DNA of 64,000 nt from NCBI RefSeq assembly GCF_006345805.1, contig NC_043021.1, positions 25,172,001 through 25,236,000 of the forward strand, in the 5' to 3' direction. The notes beneath the pieces are model-generated. The model saw only the letters and a list, made by a program, of their open reading frames with translations, was not told the DNA's origin and made no database searches. The translations under genes and the position numbers were made by a program. The stretch comes from Octopus sinensis. Lineage: Eukaryota. This document shows, one piece after another, positions 11,001 to 23,271 of the stretch (positions are counted from its first letter, which is position 1; every line of letters starts with the position of its first letter).

Positions 11001-12548
11001 ACAGTAACATTTCTGCCAGCTCACCGTTTTATGGGTCAATGGAATAATATAATATTGAGATAGATATAGCTATTGGGGGACGCACAACATGCTGGTTATA
11101 AACACTGTAACTTACAACCAGAAAGTAGTTTAAAGAATTCTTTGGAATAAAAGAGCCAAGATTAATTTTGACAAGGTGGGGGTTAATTAATTAATTAAGT
11201 AAGTACATGATTGGGTCATATTTTATTGAGCTTGAGAGGAAAATGCCAAGTAAACTCTGGTTGAATTTAAATTGAAAATACAGAAACATGGAACTGAAAA
11301 TTAAAAACTGAAACTATTGATTATAGGAAAGACTTGTTTCTGACAACACTGAAACAAGTGTTAAAAAAAAGGTAAAAGATAGGTTTGTGTAGCATCTCTG
11401 ATCATTCTAGGCAGAACGAGTAGAGAAAATGAGACCATCTACCATGGAACTGTGTGACCTAATTCCATGTGGCACCATAGGTTCTGTAAGAAAACATAGA
11501 AGAGGGATGAGGGACCATTTTACAGAGCAGTGACAAAGCCATATATGGACTGCTAAATGGTTCTGCTTTGGGTTCAATTCAGAAATGGAGATTTTCTAGA
11601 AGGTTCAACCAGATTTGTCAGGAAGATTTCAACTCCCTTCATTATGTATCAGACATTTTGATTGGTTCATCTAAGTTCACAAAGGTGCTAATACTTTTTA
11701 GAGCAACACAAATAAGTTTTCATAACTGACTTTGTCCGTCATTGATGGTGAGCTGTGGTCCTGAGCTGAGGAACCTGCGTGCAGTGGTTCAAAACCCAGC
11801 AAGAGCCTTGTTAGACATGCAACCAAAAACGGATACCAGTGGCCCCCTGGCACCTAACAGATTGGAGATTGGACTGGTGTTCCATTCAGAAGTGAATCCT
11901 TTACTTTTAACCTAAACACCTTGAAAATCTGGATGAGGTCCAGTTTTATGAGTTTGTAGGATTGAAGCAGACATTTTTCTGACTCCAACAAAATTGTCTT
12001 GAAAAATGGTCCAAAAGAAATCATTATTTGTTAAGTTTAGTGTCAACATATTTAATGGTTACACTCCAAGTTTTTAGTTTTCAATTTCCTTTTTTAGTTT
12101 ATCTTTGTCTAACTTCATCACTCTTCAGCTCACTTCACCACCACCACCATCATCTTCATTGTTGTCATCATCATCATCATCAATTCACTGTTTACCCATC
12201 CCCCCCACCTACCACCACTCTAATATTCTCCCCTGGAAATGTAACACAGCTACAGCAACAACATAATAACACCCACAAAGCTATTAACCCCTATCTCCTC
12301 CCCTTCATTACAATCAAATCCCGACCCACCCCATCTAACTTTACTCTGTTGGTGGTTCAAGTGTATGCAATATCTGCAGACTGCATCTGCACATTTCGCT
12401 GCATGATGTTGCTGCAAATACTGCATATCACTGACAACCCACCACCCAACACCACCACCTTCCCTCTCTGGGATGAAAGTAAAAGAATGGAAGATAATGG
12501 CAGAAGATCTGAAGCAATTGGGTATGGGTGTGTGTGTGTGTGCATTTG

Positions 12549-12584
<36 letters not shown>

Positions 12585-12810
12585 TATGTATGTGTGGAGA
12601 GGTGTAGGTATAGCAAACACACCCATACCCACAACCAGTTACTCCATATTCTTTACCATTCTATTCTTTAGCTTTTATCTTAGAGGGAGACAGATGTGTG
12701 TGTGTGTGTGTAGTTAGATAGATATACAGCCAGACAGATGTGTAAATATATGTGCTTATGTGGATATATGTATATATATATTTATATTTATTTATATAGA
12801 TCGTTAGCCA

Positions 12811-12985
12811 CTACACACATTTTTTTCTCTCCTTGTTTTTTCTGTGTCCCATTCTGTAGAAGAGCGTAGGCTCGAAACATAAAAGACTTTTTCTATTCCT
12901 GAGCATTATACTAATACATCTGTTTGTTTTGTACACCACCTGTCTTCGTCTTTTGTTTTTTTCGTAAACTCTCCCTATATATAAA
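12811..12985 (+). mobile_element. Short Penelope-derived, retrozyme-like element with a degenerate hammerhead
   Basis: att-CUGUAGA-a-gagc(guag)gcuc-GAAA-cau-A-aaag at 12851-12884, between TA/CA microsatellites. Confidence 0.5.
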
Positions 12986-13002
12986 CACACACACACACAC
13001 AG

Positions 13003-13630
13003 AGGTGGTATCGAAAAGTTCCCATAGTAGTTATGCTTAATAAGAACTATTTACCTATGTTTAAACATCATCTCCTTTGAAATAGTCACCTTGTGCAACA
13101 ATACACCAGTCCCAGCCTTTCTGCCAGTTTTGGAATCCAGCCTGGAAGTCATTTTCTGTAAGTGAGTGTTGAGGACCTTCTATGATTTGCTCTTGATCTC
13201 AACAACAGTGTTAAAACAGTGACCTCTGAGCTGCATTTTCATCTTGGGGAAGAGATGGAAGTCTACAGGTGCTAAATCTGGTGAATAGGACTGGTGTAGA
13301 AGCGATACCATGTTGTTTTTGGCAAGAAGCTCCCACAAGTGAGGAGAGCTCAGTGATAAGGTGCGATTGTAATTCAGAAGAATTGAATTCTTTGAGCTCC
13401 ACAGATCCGGTCACATTCGTTGAATACCTCCCCTCAAATGCTTCAAAATGTCATTGATTGTCCTCCGATGATCCTCATGCACAAACTGATAGATTTTTTC
13501 CACATTTCCGGGGGTGATGGTCGTGGCAGGTTTTCCAAATCACTCACCATCTTCCAGGCACTTTCTTTCGCTTTTGAAGTGCCTGTGCCACTCGACATAT
13601 TCTGCACAACCCATTGCCCAGGCATGCGTA
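13003..13630 (-). mobile_element. Internally deleted mariner remnant
   Basis: Minus strand EWHRHFKSERKCLEDG..FGKPATTITPGNVEKI and FPKMKMQLRGHCF...WDWCIVAQGDYFKGD. TIR-like gaggtggtatcgaaaagttccc at the left end. Confidence 0.8.
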
Positions 13631-14796
13631 TTTTTGTGTAATAAAAGAGAAAAAGGGAGAAAAGGAAAGAAATAGTAAAAGACACAAAACAAAATTCAAA
13701 GAATTCCGATTTCTCTCACAATTTCTTTGTTTCTTTTTATATTTTACTTTTATATTTGTTTTCCATTTTTGTCCAGTTTTTATTTTTTGTAAAAAAATCT
13801 AGTATCTTTTACTTGTTTCAGTCATTGGACTGCGACCTTGCTGGAGCACTGCGTTCAAAGGTTCACTCAAACAAATCAACTCCAGTACTTAGTCTATTGA
13901 GCTCTTTTGATGAACCTCAAAGTTACAGGGACATAAACGAACCAACACCAGTTGTCAAGCAGTGGGTTGGACAAAGAGAGATACCAAGGCACACACCACA
14001 CACACACCACACACACACACAGCAAGGTTCTACTCAGTTCCTGTCTACCAAATCCACTCATAAAGGTTTGGTCAGCCTAAAGAAGGAACTTGAGATTTGC
14101 TCCAAATATTTCAAACTGATGAACTCTCTCAGTTGTGAGTATTCCAGTTGACCCGATCAATGGAACAGCCAGTTGACTCAATCAGTGGAACAGCCTGCTC
14201 ATGAAATTAACATGCAAGTGGTTGAATATTCCTCAGACATGCATGCCCTTGATGTAGTTTTCATGGAGATTTTGCATGACTCAGAACGGGACAAGACTGG
14301 CCTGTTGAATTATGGGTACAGCTTATTTTTGCCAGCTGCTCTGGAGCAACAAGAAATGAAGAGTCTTGCTGAAGGACGCAATGCACCAGCAGATATCGAA
14401 CTCACAACCTTGCAATCATGAGCCAAACACCCTAACCACTAAGCCATGCCCCTTCACATTTCAAATAGACCAAACTTCACTAAAAGTACTAAAGAACCCA
14501 ATAGTGCAGTTGTTTCCTGTAGATCTATGATCAAGAATATTCACGACCACATTAGCCAATGTGGCCATCTTTTTCTAAGATGATAGGCTGTTATTTGAAG
14601 GAGATTTGGTTGCTATTTCTAACAAGTTAGGCAACTATGTAGAAGCTGCTTCTTAAACTTGGTAGGTGGCAGCAGATTAGGCATACCACCCTAGAGTTGT
14701 ATGAATAATATTCCAACCACTTCAATGATGGCAACAAAAGAAAAGCAAATATAAGATGTCAGATAATGGAATTTCTTTAAGAGTGATGTCTTAAGT

Positions 14797-14869
14797 GGAC
14801 TGGGCTGGGCTGGGCTGGGCTGGGCTGGGCCGAGCTGGGCTGGGCTGGGCTGGACTGGACTGGGCTGGG
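14797..14869 (+). repeat. (GGGCT)n pentanucleotide repeat
   Basis: About 14 units with GGACT and GAGCT variants. Confidence 0.95.
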
Positions 14870-16779
14870 TTGAATTCTTGTTTATGATGTTTGTCTTTCA
14901 ATGACATTGAATTAAAAGGTGGTCCACCTGGTTTACAAATGAAACCAGATGGAGGGCAAGAAACGATGGGGAAGGGGAAAGACAAAAAAGAATGACAAAA
15001 AAATCATGAAGAATGCTGGCATCATTGAAGAATTTGACGATGAAGAAGCAGACGTATTTGACATTTTTAGAACAGAGATTGGTGGGAAGGAAGATGTGTG
15101 GTGAGTGAGGAGAAACAGTTGTGGTGACTGAACTCTGGGGTGGTAAGGAATGTAACAAGGATTGGGGTAAGAAATGTAATACAATATATTAAAGAGAGGT
15201 TAAAAACTTGGTACACAAAACACACAAATAAGGGTACCTTGCCCACACACACACTGGGTACCCAGCAACTGATCATTTCCTGCCAGTGATTCTCCTAAAA
15301 ATATATCCCTCTACGTCTTTCACTTTTATTCATTAAACCCAGAAGTTTCCCACATTTTGTCAGAAGTGATTTGTTCAATGAAGATACTGTCATGGTGTTT
15401 GTCATTAAAGTTCCCATCTCTCTTTCCTCCTCTATCAGCCCACTATTCCTCTTGTTTATCTTCTCTTTATTCAAGATTTTTCTCATCAGATCCTCAATAC
15501 TAACTTAAACTACTCTGACATCCAGACAGTCCTTGAGGATGGACCTCCACCTTCTCATTTGCCCAGTCTCTAAGTTCATTCTTTCATTTTTTTTGCACGC
15601 CCTCCTCTTTCTTTCTTTCATTTGAAATTTGAAGTTGTTGAAGGACATCCTTCCGAAACTGCAGCAGTGCTGGGTCAGCGTACGTGAGAACTGTAAACGA
15701 TGGTGTCAGACTCTACAGGAAACAAGCTAAGAGGGACCACCATACTATTAGCTATATGCACTGGGAGCAGGATCAAGCTTCAAATGGTACAAGTCAGTGG
15801 ACTTGCCTCCTTCGGAGCCAAGTTGCAAACCCACCAACTTGTCTCAGATGAAGATTGTTCCTTAGCTATTGCACCTACTTCTTCATCTTCTGTAGTGTCT
15901 GTCACCATGGTGACATCCTTCATGTAAACACACTGCTCTTGCATCTCAGTTTTTCACTTGATGCTCCCCCCACCTACAGCTCTGGCTTTCACAACAATGA
16001 CTCAAGCATCATAACATATCAAAGTGAAGAGAAAGGACAGCAGCCTTGGCAGAATGAGTGTGAGGATCAGAAATGGTTCCCATAGGGAGCGATTTATTCT
16101 AAGTACAGAGCAAATGTTGCTGTATATGGCAGCAATCCAGTGTCTGAAAATGGAACTAAAACCTGCTGCAATGGAGACAGTTGCAAGGCTGACCTCATCC
16201 CAAAGTTTTCCATTGATCTTGGGCCGGAAACAAAGCCAAGTTTGTTACCCACTTAATCTGCCTGAGTTGGGTGGAGTTTGTCATGGATAGATCGGTTGGG
16301 AATTATTCAGATCTGATGCAATCAACAAGTGCCAACTTTTTCATAAGAACCTTGGTTAAGATCTTAAACTCTATTCAGTAGAAATATAATCACACACACA
16401 TCATCATCATCATCATCATCATCATTTGAAGGTCATTTTCCATGCTGTCATGGGTTGGACGGTTTGGTAGGAGCTGATGAACCAAAGGACTGTGCCAAGC
16501 TTCAGTGCTTGCTTTGGCATGGTTTCTATGGTTGGATGCCCTTCTTAATGCTGACCACTTTGCAGTGTGTGGACTGGCACTTTTTATGTGACACCAGCAC
16601 TAACAGGGTCACCAAGTGACTCTCAAGGCCCCTCAACTGGGCACGAAATTATCAATGATGTCCCTTTATTGTATTTATCTCTAACAGCATTGGTGCTCCT
16701 TAGCTCAGAAACTGGGAATGTTCCTGTTCTGCTCTCAGACATTTGGCAACAGCTAGATGAACAAGTGGAGCATGAATAG

Positions 16780-17150
16780 CTAAAGTTTATAGGGCAGCCT
16801 ATTCCAAGCCAGGCATTCTAACCTCACACGGCTACTCATTACTTCCTGCATCTCTGACACCATCATCAGCTCTTGCAGCACTCTCTCATCTCTGGGACTC
16901 GTGGTGGTCTATTGATGTAGGTAATGGAGTCCATTCTCTCCACTCTGATACTGCATTCAAAAAATTGAGAGAAAGTGCCACTAAAAAATCACACACATCT
17001 GTTTGGAATCACAAAGCATATGTCCATTATGGTCCGTCAAAGACCTTATCATTGCCTTCTTACAACATTGTGCATCTGCTTCCTGGTGAATGCAGAGAGG
17101 ACAGCCAATATACTGAGCTTATTTTCAGGTACTCCATACAACATAGCTGG
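16780..17150 (-). mobile_element. L1/Tx1-type LINE ORF2 fragment
   Basis: Minus strand IRSLTDHNGHMLCDSKQMCVIF*WHF and a frameshifted PGL..GLPYKL (start of the RT domain). Confidence 0.55.
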
Positions 17151-18020
17151 CGGGAGGGTCTAAAACACCCCATTCCTTCAGATCAAACTGTTAAGATAAA
17201 CAGCTGAGACAAAGAATGATGAATAAGAAAATTCTGTAAAATAAATGGAGCTTTCAAGTAATTGTGATGCGTGACTGTATCTCCTGCTTTTTTTGTTTAA
17301 TTTCACAAGTGTTGCAAGCATTGGGTAAATCCTTCTTAGTTGAGGACATTGGTTCACTTTTGGCAGGGGTTGTAAGCAAGGGCCTTGACTTGTATCACTG
17401 TGGTGTAGCTGCTGTGTGTGTATGCATTCACTACCACTGAATAGCGGATATATTGCATTTCCAGTCCTCTGTAGCTGTACTCATCTCTTACTACAAATCA
17501 ATGCTGTAATATCAGAAGAAGCAAACATCTAAAACTTTGTAGAACTATCAAACCCTTGTTATTTTCAAGAAATTAGAAATAAATGTTAAAGGCAATATAA
17601 AGATGAATTAAGAAAATGTCTGGGCACCGTTGGTCCATGGGTCCAGTTAAACAGGATATTTATATACATATGTAATGGCTGCACTTGTGTGGGTGAGAAA
17701 TGTGAATGTTTGATGCAACATAAATTGACAGAGAAGGTATACGGCTTAGAGGTTTGTTGAAGATAGGGGTAGAAAGTAAAGGTTAAGACAATCATCATCA
17801 TCATAGCAACCGCGAACCTCATCATCATTTGCAAAAAATGTTATAAAAATATAAAGATAATTAGTTTAGGCATGCAAAAATCCATAAATTTGATTCGTTT
17901 GATCAAATCCATTCTTCATGGTTCTTCACAAGAATATACTTTTGGTTTAAACAAAAAAAAAAGAAGCAGTAATAATGTCATTCATGCTTGAAATTTCTTG
18001 TGATTTTGTGTGCCTTGCAG

Positions 18021-18125
18021 ATAGCATGTATCACTCCCTCGTCCTACAGTGTCACTGAAACCATCAACACTCTCCGTTACAGTACCAGAGCCAAATGTAT
18101 TCTAACAAAGCCAGTCGTTGCATTC
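18021..18125 (+). CDS. KIF12: KIF12-like exon (end of motor domain)
   Basis: gccttgcag / gtaagt. IACITPSSYSVTETINTLRYSTRAKCILTKPVVAF (ET-x-x-TLRY motif). Phase 0 to 0. Missed by the ORF track. Confidence 0.93.
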
Positions 18126-18885
18126 GTAAGTAACATTCTTGTAGCTTCTTCACTTCATTCTTTGTAATGTAGTTATGAACTTTATCCATCACCTGGTTTC
18201 ATAACCTCACCTGGTCCTTAGCTGCTCTTAACAGAATCCACTCCATTGTATTCAGACCAGATCTCTGGTTTGGGGATAACTTCCTCCTTTACCCCACCAC
18301 TCCTTCAATCTTGGAGACTCTGTATAAAGAGGGTGTCAGACCGCTTTGGTCTTGCTAGACCGAATTGAAATATAAACTAGATTTGGCAGGCTGCAGGGAA
18401 ATAATTATTCCTGAAACCCCTGTTCGTAACATAAGCAAAAGTAGGTGAATAAATCTTTCATACTGACATGGCCTGGATGATTTGACAGGATCTGACGAGT
18501 CGGAGGGTTGCATCGTGCCCCAACGTCTGCTTCAGCAGGGCTTCTATGGCTCAATGCTCTTCCTAATGCCAACCATTATACGGAGTGTACTGGGTGCTTT
18601 TTGTTTATGTGGCACCAATTCTTGTGGCGTCACCATTGCAGCTCACAAGGCTAAGATTTCCTACAACTGGGGGCTTCATTATGCTAAGAGATGAGAGGGT
18701 AAAATATGAAAGAAATAGCTACATGATGGGACTGAAAAGAGGTAAAAATAGTGGTGATGGGGTGCAGGGTGGACCCTTCAAGGCAGAAGTGAGAGGGGAC
18801 ATAAGAATAGGGAGTGTGTTTGGGTCAAGAGTGTATAGGGAGAGTGACCCACATTATGACTGCTTCTATTCTTATTATTTTCCAG

Positions 18886-18966
18886 GACCCACGAGAAAAA
18901 TATATTGGGACTCTGAAAAAGGAGCTTCAGATTCTGAGAAATGAGAATCAATACTTGAAAACCCAG
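18886..18966 (+). CDS. KIF12: KIF12-like exon (neck coiled coil)
   Basis: attttccag / gtaaag. DPREKYIGTLKKELQILRNENQYLKTQ. Phase 0 to 0. Confidence 0.9.
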
Positions 18967-19395
18967 GTAAAGCTATGGTATGAGTATCTCCCTAGGGAGA
19001 CATACAGCAGTAAATTTTCCTTTGGGGGTGGGGCAGGAAACTAAACTCAACATTATTGCAAGCTAATGCTTATCAGTATTACATCCCTGCATCACATTTT
19101 AACCACTTTTAATCCTTGAACTTCTACCATGATGGAGCAGCCCCTTTAAGTGTAGGCCTCAGCCATATTCATCTCCACTACTTATGTCAACATGGTACTT
19201 ATTGTATCAAAGGTTGGTCTAATCATAAGCTCATTAGTAGCAAATTGGCAGAGACGATAAATTCTTTATGCATTCTGTTTTGCAATAACAATAATTATTA
19301 TTATTATTATTATTATTTTACATTTGGCACAAGGCCAATTATTTTAGGGGTGAGGATAGATTGATTACATCAATCTCTCAGTACTGCTTTTTTTT

Positions 19396-19798
19396 ATCTT
19401 TTCGGTTTGAACGGCAGTTTTTGACATAATTTCTAGGTAACTAAAATATTTTAAACTTCGTATACTGGTAGAATGTGTTTATAAAACATCTTTTTTTTTT
19501 TTGGCTTTATTGAGAAAATTCTATAGTCTGTAAGATATTTGTTGTTCTTTTTCTGCAATTTCAACCAATCACTTACGTCTATTGAGGTAAAAAAACATTC
19601 TGTGCCGTATGAAAATGTCCCCCGTTTAAGAAACAGATTGGGTTTATTTACATTTGTGAAGAAAAAAAGATACCCTTCCCCCCACCCCTAACCCTAAAAG
19701 AGATTGAAATGCAATAGATCGATACTAGGGTCATAATTATGGGTGACAATTTCATATGACACCGCTAGAAAAAACTGCCGTTCAAACCGAAAAGATCC
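19396..19798. mobile_element. MITE with 27-bp perfect TIRs
   Basis: atcttttcggtttgaacggcagttttt and its reverse complement. Contains ccctaaccctaa. Related to 24642-24861. Confidence 0.88.
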
Positions 19799-19912
19799 GC
19801 CTTTTTATTTTATTAACCCCAAAGGGGCGAACGGCAAAGTTAACCTCAGTGGGATTTGAACTTACAACATAAAGAGACAGAAGAAATGCTGCAAAACATT
19901 TTCTTCAATGCC

Positions 19913-20470
19913 AATAATAATAATAATAACAATAATAATAATAATAACAATAATAATAATAAATAATGATAATAATAAATAATGATAATAACAATAATAA
20001 TAACAATAATAATAATAAATAATGATAATAATAAATAATGATAATAACAATAATAACAATAATAATAATAAATAATGACAATAATAATAATAATAAATAA
20101 TGATAATAATAATAATAACAATAATAATAATAATAAATAATGATAATAATAATAATAAATAATGACAATAATAATAATAAATAATGACAATAATAATAAC
20201 AATAATAATAATTAATAATAAATAATGATAATAATAATAACAATAATAATAATAATAAATAATGATAATAATAATAATAAATAATGATAATAATAATAAT
20301 AAATAATGATAATAATAATAATAAATAATGATAATAATAATAATAAATAATGATAATAATAATAATAAATAATGACAATAATAATAACAATAATAATAAT
20401 AATAAATAATGATAATAATAATAATAACAATAGTAATAATAACAATAGTAATAATAATAACAATAATAAT
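19913..20470. repeat. Compound (AAT)n satellite with a higher-order AAATAATGA(T/C) unit
   Basis: 558 bp with 17 copies of AAATAATGA separated by variable AAT/AAC runs, between two minus-strand SINE fragments. Confidence 0.95.
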
Positions 20471-21294
20471 ACCATCCACACAAGATGTGCTTGACCGGTG
20501 CTTTATTTTATTGACCTGAAAAGATGAAACACAAAGCAAGCCTTGGTGGAATTTGAACTCAGAAAGAAATGTTGCTAAGCATTTTGTCTGATTCACTGAC
20601 AATTCTGCCAGCCGTGATGATAATAACAACCCTTTCTCACATATGCACAAGACCTGAAACTTTGGGGGAGGGGACTAATTGATTATCCTGACCATAATGC
20701 TTGACTGGTACTTATCGATCTCGAAAGGGAGGAAAGGCAAAGTTGGCCATGGCAAAAATTGAACTCAGAACGTAAAAGTAGACGAAATGCTGCTGAACCT
20801 TTTGTCTGGCGTGCCAACGATTCCGCCAGCTCGATGCTGCTGCTGCCTTAGTCTCTTCAAAACCGGCGACCATGGAATTACTTAGGAAAATTGTATTCTA
20901 AGGGAGCTAACTCTTTGAATTCGTTTACTCAACCCTTAAAATATTTAACATTAAAAACAAAATGTTGACTTATTGCTTTCTCCCTTAAAATGGATGAGTT
21001 AAGTATCTGTTCCTTATGGTGAAGATTTTCTGTGTTCTTCTTTAGACTTGTCTTGTAATTTAACCCCAACATTGTAAGATAATAAAAACATTTGCTTAGT
21101 TCTTCACTTCTTGTTGTGTTCAACATCCATTCCCAAGGGTAACTCTATCAAATCTGTAACATTTTATTGATCATCTTCCAATTCCTCCATTAAAATCCAT
21201 TTTGCAACAAAGTAACCTCTGCATAAAGAAATGGCAGCCAATTTTCTCTGCAATAAGTCTGTAGCATAACTGTTAAATTTCACTAGATCATTCC

Positions 21295-21820
21295 GTCAGC
21301 GACGTGCAACCAAAAGAATACCCTCCATCAGGCATTTGCCATATCCTGAACGCCTTACTTCCCTGGGCATGGACACATTGAAACTCTGACGTCTGGCAGC
21401 TGACTTGACAGACACCCATAAAATTATTAACCATCTTACAAACAATAACTCTGAGAGCACCTTTTCAAACTCCATCTGTTTAACAACCGTGGACATGTTT
21501 ACAAAGTCAGAAAACAGCACAGCTCCCATGACTTTCAGAAACATTTTTTCACGCTAAGAGTTGCTGAAGCATGGAACAAACTGCCGGCATCAGTTGTTAG
21601 TTGTCAGAGCACTGCATCCTTCAAAACTTCCATGCTTCCTGAGATTCGCCAACACTACACCTGATTTTCTCCCCTCCATACACACGCAAGCATCTATCTG
21701 ACTCATACACTGTTCGCTTTCTAGACATTTCTACATTACTGCATATACTTTATACGCACTTTCTGACAAGTTGTGGTGCACCTGAGCACTGTATACAATA
21801 ATTTCATTATTATTATATTA
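21295..21820 (+). mobile_element. CR1-type LINE 3' end
   Basis: QRRATKRIPSIRHLPYPERLTSLGM...RGHVYKVRKQ...FFTLRVAEAWNKLP, followed by an (ATT)n tail. Confidence 0.88.
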
Positions 21821-22090
21821 TTATCCCAATGTAATTTCTTATCATCGTCAACCAGTGATAATTGCTAAGATGTATGTATACACCCCGCCACCCTCACCCA
21901 TTTTTATCTAGTGAACAGCTTCCCCACCAACTCAGCCATCAACCCTAACATGGCCCCTTTACATGTTGCCACGTCTCTTTCAAGTGTAATTGTTCTTTAA
22001 CCACCTTTCTTGTTTCTATGATACAAACTGATCCAAATTAAAAACCTTCCATCAAAATTTCATCCTAATTCATGTTCCAAGCATCATCAT

Positions 22091-22189
22091 CATCATCATC
22101 GTTTAACGTCCGCTTTCCATGCTGGCATGGGTTGGACGGTTCAACTGGGGTCTGGGAAGCCAGAAGGCTGCACCAGGCCCAGTCTGATC
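22091..22189 (-). mobile_element. RTE-tail SINE fragment
   Basis: 95/99 identical to the reverse complement of 23173-23271. Confidence 0.9.
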
Positions 22190-22362
22190 ATTTCAATTAA
22201 TTATGACCAAGTTCTTTTCAAAATTAACTGAAATCGGGGTCAGTGTCTGTCAATAGAATTCAGATAACAAAAAAGGGCTCAAAGTTTGTTCCGCCTTTAT
22301 TCAACAGAACACAATGTCCACATGTCTTCAGATGTTCTCGATTCCTTCTTAATACTTTGCAG

Positions 22363-22444
22363 CTCTCGTTTCCAACAGTCTCCCAGAACCAGGTTCAATC
22401 CAAAGATAAACAAACGATTACTGAACAACTGAAACAAGATTCTC
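22363..22444 (+). CDS. KIF12: KIF12-like linker exon
   Basis: actttgcag / gtaagt. LSFPTVSQNQVQSKDKQTITEQLKQDS+c. Supplies the phase 0 to 1 change needed between neighbouring exons. Confidence 0.75.
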
Positions 22445-23127
22445 GTAAGTAACCAGTTGGGGGCTGGGTTTCCATTTTTGTCTTCTATCTTTTACTTGTT
22501 TCAGTCATGGGACTGCGGCCATGCTGGGGCACTTGACAGGTTTAGTGGAACAAATTGACTTCTGTACTTATTTTTTAAAGTTTGGTACTCATCTTATCAG
22601 CCTCTTTTTCTGGAATTGCAAAGATCTGGGGACGTAAACAAACCAGCCCCAGATGTCAAGCAGTGGTGAGGGGAGCAAACACATACATTCGTCCATACAT
22701 ATGCATACACATACATACACATGACAGGTTTCCACACAATTTCCATTTACCAAATTTTCTCACAAAGCATTGATCAGCCCAAAGCTATAGCAGAAGACAC
22801 CAAAGGTGCTGTGCAGTGGGACTGAACCAAAAACCTCATGGTTGCAATGTGAGCTTCTTAACCACATAAATAGTCCATGCATGCAAAGAGCAACTTTGTC
22901 ATTATTTCATGCTGCAATGTTTTGAAGTTGTTGGTTAAAAAAAGACAAATACTGATTAAAGAGATTACTGATCATGGCCTTCTAACCATGACCATCTTAA
23001 CAAATAGTGTTTAGGTTGTCATAAACAAATGTGTTGTTCCTGATTTAAAGTGGCAGGATGTGATTTAAGGGAGAATTGGCTACCATTTCTCTCTGTAGAG
23101 ATCCCATTGTGACATATTAGAATACAG

Positions 23128-23271
23128 AGTGGTTGGCGTTAGGAAGGGCATCCAGCTGTAGAAACACTGCCAGATCAGACTGGGCCTGATGCAGCCTTCT
23201 GGCTTCACAGACCCCAGTTGAACCGTCTAACCCATGCCAGCATGGAAAACGGACGTTAAACGATGATGATG
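23128..23271 (+). mobile_element. RTE-tail SINE fragment
   Basis: ggttggcgttaggaagggcatccagctgtagaaac...ggacgttaaacgatgatgatg. Confidence 0.9.

Noticed and set aside
12028-12717. 229-aa ORF
   Set aside because: It crosses CAC/CAT and (CA)n microsatellites, has no splice signals or domain, and lies in an intron.
14797-14869. Resemblance of GGGCT/GAGCT units to immunoglobulin switch repeats
   Set aside because: Only 73 bp, in an invertebrate-type genome with no supporting context. Kept only as a G4 candidate.
19846-20650. Long ORFs (up to 262 aa) rich in Ile/Tyr/Leu
   Set aside because: They are translations of the (AAT)n satellite.
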